Source of the DNA: Malacoraja senta
Taxonomy: Eukaryota
Assembly (NCBI GenBank): GCA_038087875.1
Contig: CM075991.1
Span: forward strand, 4,898,001 to 4,962,000
DNA length: 64,000 bases
Direction: 5' to 3'
Shown here: positions 28,771 to 41,654 of the stretch, in pieces
How the letters are laid out: each line of letters opens with the position of its first letter
Position numbering within the stretch: position 1 is the stretch's first letter
Made by a program: the position numbers and the translations under genes
The notes under the pieces: generated by a model
Database searches by the model: none
Seen by the model: the letters and a program-made list of their open reading frames with translations, nothing else
Told to the model about the DNA's origin: nothing

Positions 28771-29203
28771 TTCAAGTCAAGAGAGTTTATTGTCATGTGT
28801 CCCAGATAGGACAATGAAATTCTTGCTTTGCTTCAGCACAACAGAATATTGTAGGCATAAATACAGAACAGATCAGTGTGTCCATATACCATAGACCATA
28901 TATACATACACATAAATAAACAGATAAAGTGCAATAGGCTGTTATAGTTCAGAGTTGTGTTTAATTGTCTGATGGCTGTGGGGAAGAAACTGTTCCTGAA
29001 CCTGGATGTTGCAGATTTCAGGCTCCTGTACCTTCTACCTGATGGCAGCGGAGAGGTGAGTGAGTGGCCAGGATGGTGTCGGTCCTTGATGATGCTGCCA
29101 GCCTTTTTGAGGCAGCGACTGCGATAGATCCCCTCGATGGTAGGGAGGTCAGAGCCGGTGATGGCCTGGGCAGTGTTTACTACTTTTTGCAGCCTTTTCA
29201 TAA
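28771..29203 (-). mobile_element. Rex1/Babar-type LINE 3' end
   Basis: RLQKVVNTAQAITGSDLPTIEGIYRSRCLKKAGSIIKD..HPGHSL.SPLPSGRRYRSL...TSRFRNSFFPTAIR; (CTTGA)n tail. The same 3' UTR occurs at 8935-9078 (+). Related 3' ends at 2885-3178 (+) and 32880-33155 (-). Confidence 0.85.
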
Positions 29204-29207
29204 TGGA

Positions 29208-29445
29208 GGGCGGCACAGTGGTGCAGTGGTAGAGTTGTTGCCTTACAGCGCCAGAGATCCAGGTTCGATCCTGACTATGGGTGCTGTCTGTACAGGGTTT
29301 GTACGTTCTCCCCATGACCGCGTGGATTTTCTCTAGTTTTCCTTTCCTACCGAACTCCAAAGATGTACAGGTTTGAAGGTTAATTGAATTTGGTTTAAAA
29401 AAAAAGGAAATTAATCCCTAATGTGTAGGGTAGTGCTTGTGTCCA
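29208..29445 (+). mobile_element. tRNA-derived V-SINE (HE1-like), representative copy
   Basis: A box (tggtgcagtggtaga), B box (ggttcgatcc) and V-core (gggtgctgtctgtac.g.gtttgtacgttctcccc). Other copies near 6930-7203(-), 9440-9875(+), 11503-11793(-), 13760-14853(-, split), 18110-18407(-), 20508-20790(+), 22404-22650(+), 28290-28530(+), 31095-31411(-), 37615-37830(+), 48535-48700(+) and 62930-63110(+). Confidence 0.88.
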
Positions 29446-29449
29446 GAGG

Positions 29450-29932
29450 GAAAATGACATGTTGAAGACCTCCTTTGACTATGTTGAAGACCAGCTTCGA
29501 CTAGCTATGACTAGTTACGACTAACTTCGTGAAAATTGGACACCGAATAGTGGAGAGTGAAGACGACCTCCTTCGACCTCCTTCGATCTCCTTCGACCTC
29601 CCTTCGACCTCCCTTCGACTATGATGAAGACTATCTACGACTACCTTTGACTACTTTCGATTACCCTCGATTACCTACGACAAACATGCCGACCTACTAC
29701 GACCTACTACGACTAAACCTACGAGTAAAAAAAGTATTGATTTTTTCCATGGCGACCTTTTTTTACTCGCAGGCATTTTGAAAAAAACGCCGCGACCTAG
29801 CTAAGGCCTCGAGTACGCGGAGACCACTCTCGAGCATGAAGGAGAGTTACGAAGAGTTACATGCTGCGAGTGTGAGTCGAGGGCAAACTCACCAGAACTC
29901 GCGGATTAGGTCCCCCAAGTGGGACAGGCCCT
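29450..29932. mobile_element. MITE fragment with the same TIR but a different (CGAC/CTA)-repeat interior
   Basis: Ends CCAAGTGGGACAGGCCCT|TTA; interior of ttcgac/ctacga short repeats. Confidence 0.7.
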
Positions 29933-31439
29933 TTATTGTACAATCTAATTGTCTCCACCCAAAGAGGAGGGTGGGTGGTGTGTTCCTGAACCTGACCCTG
30001 TCCCAACGACTCCAACCTGAGATGGCTCACACTGCGTTATATGCACTAGCCATTCTGAAGAGGAAATGTGACAACACTCAAAGAGGGATCTGAATGCAAA
30101 TGAACAGATGCAGGTGTCAGTTGTTGGAGAAACATAGTTAGTGGAATCCATCCAAGGTTTTTAATTATGGTGTGGGTGTGATGGGAGAGGGGGGCATTTG
30201 GGGAGGAGTGTGTGACAGGAACAGAGAGGAAAGGTGACCACTCCTCTAACCTCACCCACTGCCCACAGACGAACACATGCATCTCTGTCTCACTGGAAGC
30301 CGCACCTTTCTGTCTCACAATGCCCGGCACTGTTAAAAAAATGCTAATGAATGCAAAACTGTAGAGTCCGGTTCAAATTTTAAAAAATAGCTCCAGGCAT
30401 TTATTTTGCATCAAAACTTCCTTTTTAAAACAAGCATGATAACTGGGTGCTAAATGTGGAAATCTTCTGCTGCTAATTGTGTTGAAAGGCAAAAGGAAAT
30501 GTACAGCTCTGGAGAGGAAATGGGTGACCAAATTTCTCACCGCAGACTGTTTCTTGCTTCTGTAATGGAACAGTGTTAGTGAAGGATTATTCTGAGACTA
30601 TTTCTGTCAGATGCATTACTTATTGATTTTTAATAGATTGTTCTGTGATGTTTCCTTTTGGAGGGACTGGTGTTCAACATTTGCATTTATTTCCATTGCA
30701 TGGGTGACGTTGTAAACACAACACCCAGTCGAACAGGAACAGCCGTGTTTCAAATTTACTAATTCTATTAATGTATCAGCAGGAGTAAGGAGATATCATT
30801 TTAATTTATTTTGCTACTTTCGTGTCTCAAAGCAGTTACAACTAATTGAGTACTTCTTAAAAGAAAAATCACATTTGCATTGTAAGAATATATTATGTGT
30901 TCCTGCTTGCAAAGTTATTGTGTCGTGGAGTTACAGGCTCATTCAGCAAAGAAACAGGCCCTTTGGCCCACCTCACCCATGTCAACCATCCTGCTTATCT
31001 ATACTAATACCACTTGCCTACATTAAGTCCATGCCCCTCTATGCTTTGCCATTGAAATATCTGTCCAGATACCTCCTAAATATTGTTCCTTTTAGTTTAG
31101 TTTAATTTACTTTGCTGTAGAGATACAGCACGGAAACAGGCCTTCAGCCCACCGAGTCTGCACCGACCAGCGATCCCCTCACATTAACACCACACTAGGG
31201 ACAATTTTACATGTATACATTAATACCGAGCCAATTAACCTACAAACCTGTACGTCTTTGGAGTGTGGGAGGAAACCGAAGATCTGGGAGAAAACTCACG
31301 TAGGTCACGGGGAGAACGTACAAACTCCGTACAGAAAGGCAACTGTGGTCAGGATCGAACCCAGGTCTCCGGAGCTGGAAGGCAGTAGCTCTACCGCTGC
31401 GTCACCGTGCCGTTCCTCTTCTTGCCTCCATCACCTCCT

Positions 31440-32720
31440 GTGTCAGTTCAATCCTGACACCAACTAGTCCGTACCAATTCTCCGCTCAAACCCACTTTAC
31501 CTTAAACCTATGCCTGCTCGTTTTAAACTTCCCCAGCCAGGGAAACAGACGCTGGTGATCTGCCCTATTAGTGCTCCTCATAATTTTATGTGGCTCTTTT
31601 ATATTACCTCACCCTTGTAGGCTCCAGGGAAAATAGTCCCATCCCATCCAATCCCTCCTTGTAACTGAAGCCCTCCGATTCAGCTAACATCCTTGTGAAT
31701 CTTTTCTGCACCACCTCTAACTTAATCACCTTGTTTCCACAATGTGAAGACCTGAATTGTACATAATACGCCCAAGTGTGGCCACAGCTGTAACACGATG
31801 TCCCAACTCTTATACTCCAATATCTCGGCCGATGAAGGCAGGCACACCATAAAGCCTTCTTCACCACATATCCTATCTACCTATGCCGCCAATTTGAGGG
31901 AATTATGTATTTGTACCCCAAGTTCTCACTTCAACAAAACTTCCCAGGAACTTGCCATTCACTGTGTTTGTCCAGGCCTAATTTAACTTCCCGAAATGCA
32001 TCTGAATAAGGGTCTCGACCTGAAACGTCACCCATTCCTTCTCTCCAGAGATGCTGCCTGTCCCACTGAGTTATTCCAGCATTTTGTGTCTATCTTCACT
32101 GTAATTTTGAGTGAATTAACCATTGTCCCCTTTTCCACTTTTTCAGTTGACCTACATCCTGTGTAAACCTTAGACAGCATTCCTCACTGTCCACCATATC
32201 TTCAATGTTGGTGCTGTCTGCAGACTTACTCATCATGCCACCGACATTCTCATTCAAATCATTGGTATAAACAAACAGCAAAGGACCCAGCACTAATCCT
32301 TGCAACACGCCACAGGTCACAGGCCTCCAATCTGAAAAGCATCCCTCCACTAACACCCTCTGAGTCCGACCACCAAGCCAATTTGTATCCAATTAATTAG
32401 CTCCCTTTGCATCTCATGTGATTTACTTTTCCAGCCTACCATGTGGAATCTTGTCAAAGGCCTTGCTAAAAGCTTTCTACTACCCGACCCTCATCTGTTC
32501 TCTTAGTCACCTCAACAGAAGGACATTCTGTCAAACTCAGGATTTCCAATGTGCAAAGCCATGCTGACTATTGGTAATCAACCCTTGCCTTTCCAAATGC
32601 AACTCAAAATTCCTTCCAATAATCCTCCACCACTGATGTAAAGCTCACTGGCCTATCAATCCATGGTTTATCCCTGCTGGCCTTCTTACATTAGCTATCC
32701 TCCAGTCTTCTGGTACCTCA
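31440..32720 (-). mobile_element. Old CR1 RT relic with a nested Penelope-derived repeat (32000-32097)
   Basis: NWLGGRTQRVLVEGCFSDWRPVTCGVLQGLVLGPLLF; YYVQFRS...LEVVQKRFTRML. Confidence 0.85.
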
Positions 32721-33577
32721 CCATTCAGGGTTTATGGGGAGAAGGCCGGAGAATGGGGTTGAGAGGGAAAGATAGATCAGCCATGATTGAATGGCAGAGT
32801 AGACTTGATGAGCCTAATTCTGCTCCTAAAACTTATGAACTAAGGAACCTCTGGCTAACAAAGATACAAAAGTTTCTTAGTTTGGTTTAATTTATTATTG
32901 TCATGTATACCGAGGTACCGTGAAAAGCTTTTTCGGTGCATGCTATCCAGTCAACGAAAAGATCATACATGATTACAATTAAGCCTTACACAGTTTGCAG
33001 ATACAGGGTAAAGGGTTCAGTGTAAGATGAAGTCCAGTCAATTCTGATTAAAGATAGCTCAAAGGTCTCCAATGAGGTCGACGGGAGGTCAGGACTGCTC
33101 TCTAGTTGGTGAGAGAACACTTCAGTTGCTCTTAAAAGCGGGGAAGAAACTATCCCAAGACCCCAGCAATCTAATCCCTTGCTTCCCATAACATATTCCT
33201 AAGATATGCCTGATCAGGCTCTGGGCATTTATTAAACCTTTGTGAATTTTAAGACTTCCAACATCAGGTCCTTCATAATGTTGGTACACTCCAGGATATC
33301 ATCTGAACTCACAGGCTTCCATGTCCTTCTCCAAGGTAAATATGGACAAGAAGTATTCATTTAAGACTTTGCCCATTTCCCATGGCACCATTGCTCTTTT
33401 GGTCTTTAAAAAACGTAGACTCTTTTACGATCGTCATTTACATTATCTGCTGGGATATTTAATTGCCTCTTTTTGCTCTTCTAACTTCCTTCTTAGGTCT
33501 GCTGCATCACGAGGATCACTTGATCCCAGCTGTCTACACGTCATCTGCCTCCTCCTTTTTCCTGACCAGAGCCTCAA

Positions 33578-34375
33578 TATAGAAACATAGAAACATAGAA
33601 AATAGGTGCAGGAGTAGGCCATTCGGCCCTTCGAGCCTGCACCGCCATTCAATATGATCATGGCTGATCATCCAACTCAGTATCCTGTACCTGCTTTCTC
33701 TCCATACCCCCTGATCCCTTTAGCCACAAGGGCCACATCTAACTCCCTCTTAAATATAGCCAATGAACTGGCCTCAACTACTTTCTGTGGCAGAGAATTC
33801 CAGAGATTCACCACTCTCTGTGTAAAAAATGTTTTTCTCATCTCAGTCCTAAAAGATTTCCCCTTTATCCTTAAACTGTGACCCCTTGTTCTGGACTCCC
33901 CCAACATCGGGAACAATCTTCCTGCATCTAGCCTGTCCAACCCCTTAAGAATTTTTGTAAGTTTCTATAAGATCCCCGCTCAGTCTTCTAAATTCTAGCG
34001 AGTACAAGCCGAGTCCATCCAGTCTTTCCTCATATGAAAGTCCTGACATCCCAGGAATCAGTCTGGTGAACCTTCTCTGTACTCCCTCTATGGCAAGAAT
34101 GTCCTTCCTCAGATTAGGAGACCAAAACTGTACACAATACTCCAGGTGTGGTTTCACCAAGACCCTGCACAGCTGCAGTAGAACCTCCCTGCTCCTATAC
34201 TCAAATCCTTTTGCTATGAATGCTAACATACCATTCGCTTTCTTCACTGCCTGCAGCACCTGCATGCCCACTTTCAATGACTGGTGTACCATGACACCCA
34301 GGTCTCGTTGCATCACCCCTTTTCCTAATCAGCCACCATTCAGGTAATAGTCTACTTTCTTGTTTTTGCCACCAA
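33578..34375 (-). mobile_element. Young 5'-truncated CR1 LINE 3' end
   Basis: QRDLGVMVHQSLKV...HLEYCVQFWSP...FTQRVVNLWNSLP; (ATAGAAAC)n tail. Confidence 0.93.
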
Positions 34376-34489
34376 ATCTCTTCCCAGAATATCTCTTCCC
34401 AGAATTCCCCTTCACTCTAACAGGAACGTGCTGGCCCTGAACTCTTCTAATCTCACGTTGAAAGCCACATGCCAGACATCCCTTTACCT

Positions 34490-34910
34490 TTATCGTGGCT
34501 AATCGTGAAGCACTTTTTCCTGGCCTCGACGGGCCTGGGTTCAACACCAGCTCCAGTTTGGTACTCATGTGATGCCGTGTCCGCAGAGGTGCCACCTTCT
34601 GGCAGAGACTTTCAACCAAGATGCCATCTGCTCTTTCAGCTGGATCTAATCCATCCCACGGCCCTATTTTGACGAAGAGTAGGGGAGTTCTCCCCAGTGA
34701 ACTCTGCCAATATTTATCCCTGAACCAAAACCACTAAAACAGATTATCTACTCATTATCGCACTGCTGTTTGTGGGAATTTTCTGTGCCCCAGTGTGCTG
34801 CCAAGCTTCCTGTGTTGCCACCGTTTGTGCAGTATAATGGTACTTAACCAGCTGCGAGGTGCTTTAAATGACATGAAAATTGTTGTAAGAACGCATGGTT
34901 TTTCTTTCAT
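34490..34910 (+). mobile_element. Ancient Deu-SINE (SacSINE1-like)
   Basis: Deu-domain-like core ctattttgacgaagagtaggggagttctcccc...gccaatatttatccctgaaccaaaaccactaaaacagattatct.ctcattatcgcactgctgtttgtggga. Further decayed copies near 19420-19640(+) and 5390-5630(-). Confidence 0.75.
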
Positions 34911-37900
34911 GTGTACACTAAAATACCATCATTGCAGAAATATTCTACTGTGTGTTTTTATCCCCTGGATTGGCACCTCCTCTACACCACTGGCTCAGAA
35001 AGCTTTTACAAGTTAATTTGCCTTGGCATGAGGACATTAAGAGATCTCGCCAACAGTTAATTCTTTAAATAAATTAAATTCAACATTGCTAGGAATGCAG
35101 CAATTTATTAATAATCTAAATTTAACTGCAGGGGCAGCAAGGAGGGGAGATTGAGCTTTAATGCAGCAATTTATTACTAAGCCTAATGTAACTGTAAGGG
35201 CAGAGAGAAGGGGAGATCGAGCTTTAACACACATCCTCACTCGGACTGGCAAGCCAGTGTTTCAGTAGCTTTTTTCCATGTACGTTCCAAGAAGTAAACC
35301 TATGTTGCCAGTAATGTCATCTGCTACGGGATAACTGGGCCAAAGACTGCACACGGGCAGCCTAGACCGTCAGGGTCTGCCAGGTTGTCACCTCAAAGCC
35401 AAGGTTCTTCATCGGGCCACACTGGAAACTGTGCCACAGATGAGAATCTGGCAACGTAGAGCCACATTTTTTCACAGGAAGTTACAGAAATCAAGAACCA
35501 GATGATATAGGTTTAAGGTGAGAGAGGGAAAGGTTTAACGGGAATCTGAGGGGCAACTATTTCACACAGAGGCTGGTGGGTATATGGAATGAGCTGCCGG
35601 AGGAGGTAGTTGAGGCAGAAACTATAGCAACATTTAAAAGACATTTGGACAGGTACATGGCGAGGAAAGGTTTAGAGGGATGTAGGTCAAATGCTGGCAA
35701 GTGAGACCAGCGGAGATGGGGCACTTTGGTCACATGGGCAAGCTGGGCCGAAGGGCCTGTTTCCATACTACATGAGTCTATAATGGATTCTGTTGACCAA
35801 CATCTGACGATTACGCATTGTGGTTTTATGAATTTAGGTTCAAAATTTTTCAGCCATCCAACAGTTTCCTGATACTTGGCGATAGATGGAAAAATGCAGC
35901 ATGGAAACAGGCCTTTCCGCTGAGCAGGTTTGCACCCATTGACACTAATCCTACACATTGGAGGAGGCCGGAGCCTTTTGTCAAATCCTGTCGTGGACAA
36001 GACTTAGTTCCAGGTGATCAGGTTATTGGAACCTAAGGTTGTTTAGCACCTCAAGCCTGTCCCACCATACACTGGGTTTGTAATCTAATCTATCACCACC
36101 TTGTCCCCAAAACTCTAATACTGGCCTTTATCTTGCACCAAGCATTAATCCCGTTATCATGTATCTGTACGCAGTGAATGGCTCGATTGTAATGGATAGT
36201 ATCTCCACTGACTTGTTAGTACGCAACAAAAGCTTTTCACCGTTGCAATTTGCCATGGTTCCAACTAAATTCAAAGACATGAATTAAGAACCAGCAATGG
36301 ATTTGGATAGAAAAGGTTTCGAGAGATATTGGCCACATGAGGGCAGGTGGGACTAGCGTAGATTGGGCATCTTGGTCGGTGTGGGCATACATGGACAAGT
36401 CAGACCGAAGGGCCTGGTTCTGTGCTGTTTGACTCTCTGACTGTGGCATCACCAATTCCACTCAGCTCAGTCTTACTAGAGCAGTGCAACCTGAAGAAGG
36501 ATCTCGACCCGAAATGTCACCCATTCCTTCTATCCAGAGACGCTGCCTGTCCCGCTGAGTTACTCCAGCATTTTGTGTCTATCTGCAGTGCAGGCTTCAC
36601 AGCTGGAGAGCTTGCACAAACAAATTCCAACAAACATTTGACAATGCAGTAGCAGCTCAGCAGGGCACTGCTGTATTTGCAGCAGGCCTCTCAATGATGT
36701 GAGTGCTTTGAACCCTGTATCGCTACTAAAGGAGTTAAGTGGATTTTACTCAATAACACACAGCGCTGTTTGTAGCGGCAACACCTTACGAGGATGTATT
36801 GTTTGTTAGTGACAAGCGGTGTTTACTGTCGAAAATAGGAAAAACATTGCAGGAAGTTGTTGAAGTGACTGCAGCTATTGTCTTGTTTTAGACACTAACC
36901 ATGTGATAGAAGACTGTGACGCGGTGACATGGGAAGTGGTTGAGGTCTGTTTTTTTCTCTCTGTGTTTCTATTTCTGCCAAATTCATCAAGGCCTCACTT
37001 CCCTTTTCCATTAATAGTTTTAGAAACAAAACTAATCTCAGACGTATGCGCAGTGGGTCAGTGCTCCCGACCTCAGCTTTGCTTCCTAATCCCTGACCGG
37101 CTGAGGTAATGTGTTCGGTGTGACATTTTCCTGATGTTAGCCATCTGGAGACATGGAGAAGCCATTATCAGGTTCCACCCGTAGCAGGAGAGGCAGTCTC
37201 TCGGCAGCAGGCCAGCATCACAGGGACATGCTGATTAATCTCCAGGGCAACCTGGGAGAAAAACCATGGAGGCGTTAGTGAGTGAATCATGATCTATCCA
37301 CACTTTGCATGTTTGTCACAAAGATGTGGGCATTGAGAAAAGGAAGGGTTGCTTGACTCACAATGCAGTTTCGTCTTCCTATCAAACAGCAAGGAGAGGT
37401 CCCAATTTCCAATGGGCTGTGGAAAGGAGAGGGAGGGTGTGGCAGTGATATTTATGTAACGTGACCAACTCAGAGATTGTGTTTCAGGCAGTGGGAGGGA
37501 GGGAGTGAGATTTCCATGACTACTATCTGACCGGGGAGTTAGTGACCAGAGCAACGATGCCTGAATGTTGATTACAACCAAAGCTGGAATATTTTCCCGA
37601 CAGCCTTGCCAATGAGGGTGGCGTGGTAGAGTTGCTGCCTTATAGCAACAGAGACAATCCTGACTATGGGTGCTGTCTATACGGAGTTTGTACCTTCTCT
37701 CCATGACCATGTGGGTTTTCTCCAGGTGCTCCAGTTTCCTCCCACACTCCAAAGACCTGCAGGTTTGTAGGTTAATTGGCTTTGGTAAAACATGTAAATT
37801 GTCCCTAGTGTGTGTAGGGTAGTGCTCGTGCCTCCCACTGCCTGCATTCTAGGGGAGATTTTTTACACAGGCCAATTAACCCACAAAACCAGCACGATCT

Positions 37901-39089
37901 TCAGACTGATTGTATGGGGAGGGGGGAAGTGGAAGCAAGAAAAGACCAGTATGTTACTGTTTCTAACGGCCTTCCTGTGTCCACTGGGCACCACCTCTGC
38001 ACAACTCACTGCAAATTCTTGCACTCTTGGATGGAGCTGTGTCCCAAACCAAGCCGTGAAGTGTCCCGATGAAATGTTTTCTACGGCGTATCCGTCGAAG
38101 TTGGTGAGAGTTATCGAGGACCTGCCGAACTTCCTGAGCCTTTATTGTGTTGTCTGTCTTCTCATAAAGGGGGACCACACAGAGTCGAAACGTCAGCCAA
38201 GGCACCGTTTATCACCTGCTCCCATCGTCCTTCAACAGATATGAACCTGTTGCAAGTTCACTGCCTGCAAGCGCATTGATGAGACAGGTTGTGAATATTC
38301 ACATTGATGGCTAACGAGGACAAGGGGAATAGTAAACATTGCCAGATCTCACAGCCTGCTAATGTACCTTCTTGATAGCTCTGCACGCCAGTTATATTTA
38401 TCATATTAAAGGCTTTTGAGGAGAGTTTAATTTTAAATTTAGAATCTGATCACCAGTTTTAAGACACCAATCTCCAGCTCGGAATTAATTTTCAAGCTCA
38501 TCCCAATGATTAAAATTGGAAATGTAAACTTGGGAGAGCAAAATAATATGGCTGAAATATCTGATCCTTAGTTTTATTAATCAGTTAGAGAGATTATATA
38601 ATAATAGACCTTTACCTGAAGCCTTTATGAATCACAGCGAAGGTAAAATGCTTCAGAGGGACTAGCAAATATTTTAATTGCTGGAGCAACAATCACAATT
38701 TCTTAGATTAACAGATACAGGGAATTCAGCCACCAATAAAGTAACATAAAAGACACAAAGTGCTGGAGTAACTCAACGGGTCAGGCAGCATCTCTGGAGG
38801 ACATGGATAGGTGATGTGCGTAGGAGGGAACTGTAGACGCTGGTTTAAACCGAAGATGGACACAAAAAAGCTGGAATAACTCAGCGGGACAGGCAGCATT
38901 TCTGGAGAGAAGGAATGGGTGACATTTCGGGTTGACACCCTTCTTCAGACTCAGTGGATAGGTGATGTTGCAGGTTGGGACCCCTCTTCAAACTGATTGT
39001 GAGAGCGGGGTAGGGGTGGGGAGCGTGGAGGTGGGAGCAAGCTAGAAGAGAGGAGGGGCAGGTCAAACTGGCAGGTCACAGGCGAAGGG

Positions 39090-39289
39090 NNNNNNNNNNN
39101 NNNNNNNNNNNNNNNNNNNNNNNNNNNNNNNNNNNNNNNNNNNNNNNNNNNNNNNNNNNNNNNNNNNNNNNNNNNNNNNNNNNNNNNNNNNNNNNNNNNN
39201 NNNNNNNNNNNNNNNNNNNNNNNNNNNNNNNNNNNNNNNNNNNNNNNNNNNNNNNNNNNNNNNNNNNNNNNNNNNNNNNNNNNNNNNNN
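39090..39289. other. Assembly gap (200 N)
   Basis: Run of exactly 200 N, a round number typical of scaffolding joins of unknown size. Confidence 0.99.
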
Positions 39290-41654
39290 CCGGGCAACCA
39301 CCTTCGTCTCCAACTCCTGCCAGTTCGCCGGCCAAGCATCCTCAGTGGGACTCAGGTAAACCCCAGATAGAGGAGATGTGTAGTGCTCCACACATACCTT
39401 GCCATCTCCTCCGGCAGGGAATCCACCTGCCACTGACCCACTAAAAGACCAGAACACTTACTCCAGTTAATCCTTGCAGAAGATGCAGCTGAGAAAATCT
39501 CCTGGCAGTCACGCATCCTCCGCAGGTCACCAGGATCAGTGAACATAAGAAGTACATCATCTGCATACGCTGAAAGAACCACCTCCAACCCCGGCCCAGG
39601 TAGGGCCAGGCCTGTCAACCTCCTCCGAAGAAGACACAGGAACGGCTCCACACAGACCGAGTACAACTGACCCGACATGGGGCACCCCTGACGGACCCCT
39701 CTCCCAAACTGAAAGGGAGCCAACAACGCACCATTAACCTTCACCAGTCACTCCGCTGCAGCGTACAAAAGCCGGACCCGGGCCACAAAATGCGGTCCAA
39801 ATCCAAACGCTTGCAACGTCCCGAATAGGTAATCATGCTCTACCCTATCAAAAGCCTTCTCCTGATCAAGAGACAGAAAAGCAGCTGACTGACCAGTACC
39901 CTGAACTATATGAATCAGGTCCCTAACCAAGTGGATGTTATCCTGAATGGACCTGCCAGGGACCGTATAGGACTGGTCAGGATGAATCATTTGAGACAGC
40001 ACAGGGCCCAGGCGATTAGCCATTGCCCGTGCAAATACTTTATACTCTGTACATAGGAGAGATACCGGCCTCCAGTTCTTCAACACGCGGAGTTCGCCCT
40101 TCTTGGGCAGCAAGACAACAACTGCCCTACGCCACGATAGGGGCATCGCCCCGGCCGCCAGACTCTCCCCCAGCACCAACATGTAATCACCCCCCAGGAT
40201 CTCCCAGAAAGCTCTGACAAACTCCACCGTCAACCCATCCATCCCGGGTGACTTACCCTTCCTGAGCTGAAACAATGCACAAGTCACCTCCTCCAAAGAT
40301 AAGGGGCCATCAAGAAGATCGGCCACCTCCCTATCAATAGTCGGTAGACCCTCCCACAATTCCTTCTGAGCCTCCCCGTTATACCCCCCTGCGGAGAACA
40401 GGGACCCATAAAATGACCTGACCTCCTCACTGATCCTCTCCGGATCAGTGACTGAGGATCCATCATCTGCGAGCAGCTCTACGAGCTGCTTGCAGGCTCC
40501 CCTCCCTTTCTCCAAAGAGAAAAAGAAAGGCGACGCTCGGTCCAGATCTTGCATCATCTGTACCCGCGCCCTCACGAAAGCGCCTCGGGACCGCTCAAGC
40601 AGCAGATTCCTCAAGGCTTCCTTCTTCTCCTGAAACTCTCCCCATTCACAGGAGTCCTCACCATCCCGACCCAGGCGAGACTCTGCACCCTGTAGCTCCC
40701 TCTCAAGCCTCGCGACCGCTGAGTCCCTCCGTCCTGTCGACCCCCACGTATACTCCGTACAAAATAGACGAATGTGAGCCTTCCCCACATCCCACCACTG
40801 CCTAAGGGAAGAGAAGCACCTCCGCCCCTCTCTCCACTTCCCCCAAAACCTACTGAATGACTCCCGGAAACACCGATCCTCCAGCAACCGGTTGTTAAAG
40901 TGCCAGTACGTGGACCCAGCCCTAGCGCGCGCCGGATTAAAGTCCACACGCACCAGACAGTGATCCGAGCATGGCACCACCCGCATTGAAGCCTCTGAGA
41001 CACGGCCAACAAACGCTCGGGAAATATATATTCTGTCAATACGGGAACCACCACCCTCATACCTCCGCGAAAAAGCATTGGAATCCGGATGGAGGTTCCG
41101 CCATGCATCAACCAACTCAAAGGATTCAATCATCCCTCTCAACTTCTTCGCTACAGCAGGGGCACACTGAGTACCAGAACGATGTCCCGCCTCAAGTGTG
41201 CAATTAAAGTCCCCACCAAGGAAAACACACTCTCCCCTATCAATAGTGCTCAACAGAGCAGTCACCTCCTGAATTAGGGAATTAGGCCAGCCCTGCATCG
41301 TACCGGAAGCTAGGGGGCATTACACGTTAATGAAATTGCAACGGCATGCCATCCAAGCTCACTGCCAGATGGAGCAACGTCCAGGCACAACTTCATTCAC
41401 TTTTAAAATCGTTGGCAGGAAATTCTGGCCAACAGAAAGGCCACCCCACTCGAATTTGAGCTGAGATGGCTCATGTAAACCCCCCTTCCCACTCCAGTCT
41501 CCAGGTAGGTTCATCACTAACAACTGTGTGCGTCTCCTGCAGAAAACCACACTGCAAATCTCCCCTCTTTAAGGCCTGATAAAAGCTGAAATCTACGAAA
41601 ACTCGATCTACTCCCGTTTAAGTTTAATGTTGCGACGGTGAATGTAAAGGCCCA
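39290..41654 (-). pseudogene. Tx1 ORF2 (AP endonuclease plus reverse transcriptase), interrupted
   Basis: A 516-aa open segment (39748-41298) continues in frame after a single TGA into 39352-39744. Frameshifts near 39360 and 41300-41600. Confidence 0.9.

Noticed and set aside
29208..29285. tRNA-like A and B boxes
   Set aside because: Head of a tRNA-derived SINE, not a tRNA gene.
38951..39457. ORFs containing X runs
   Set aside because: Artefacts of reading through the N gap.
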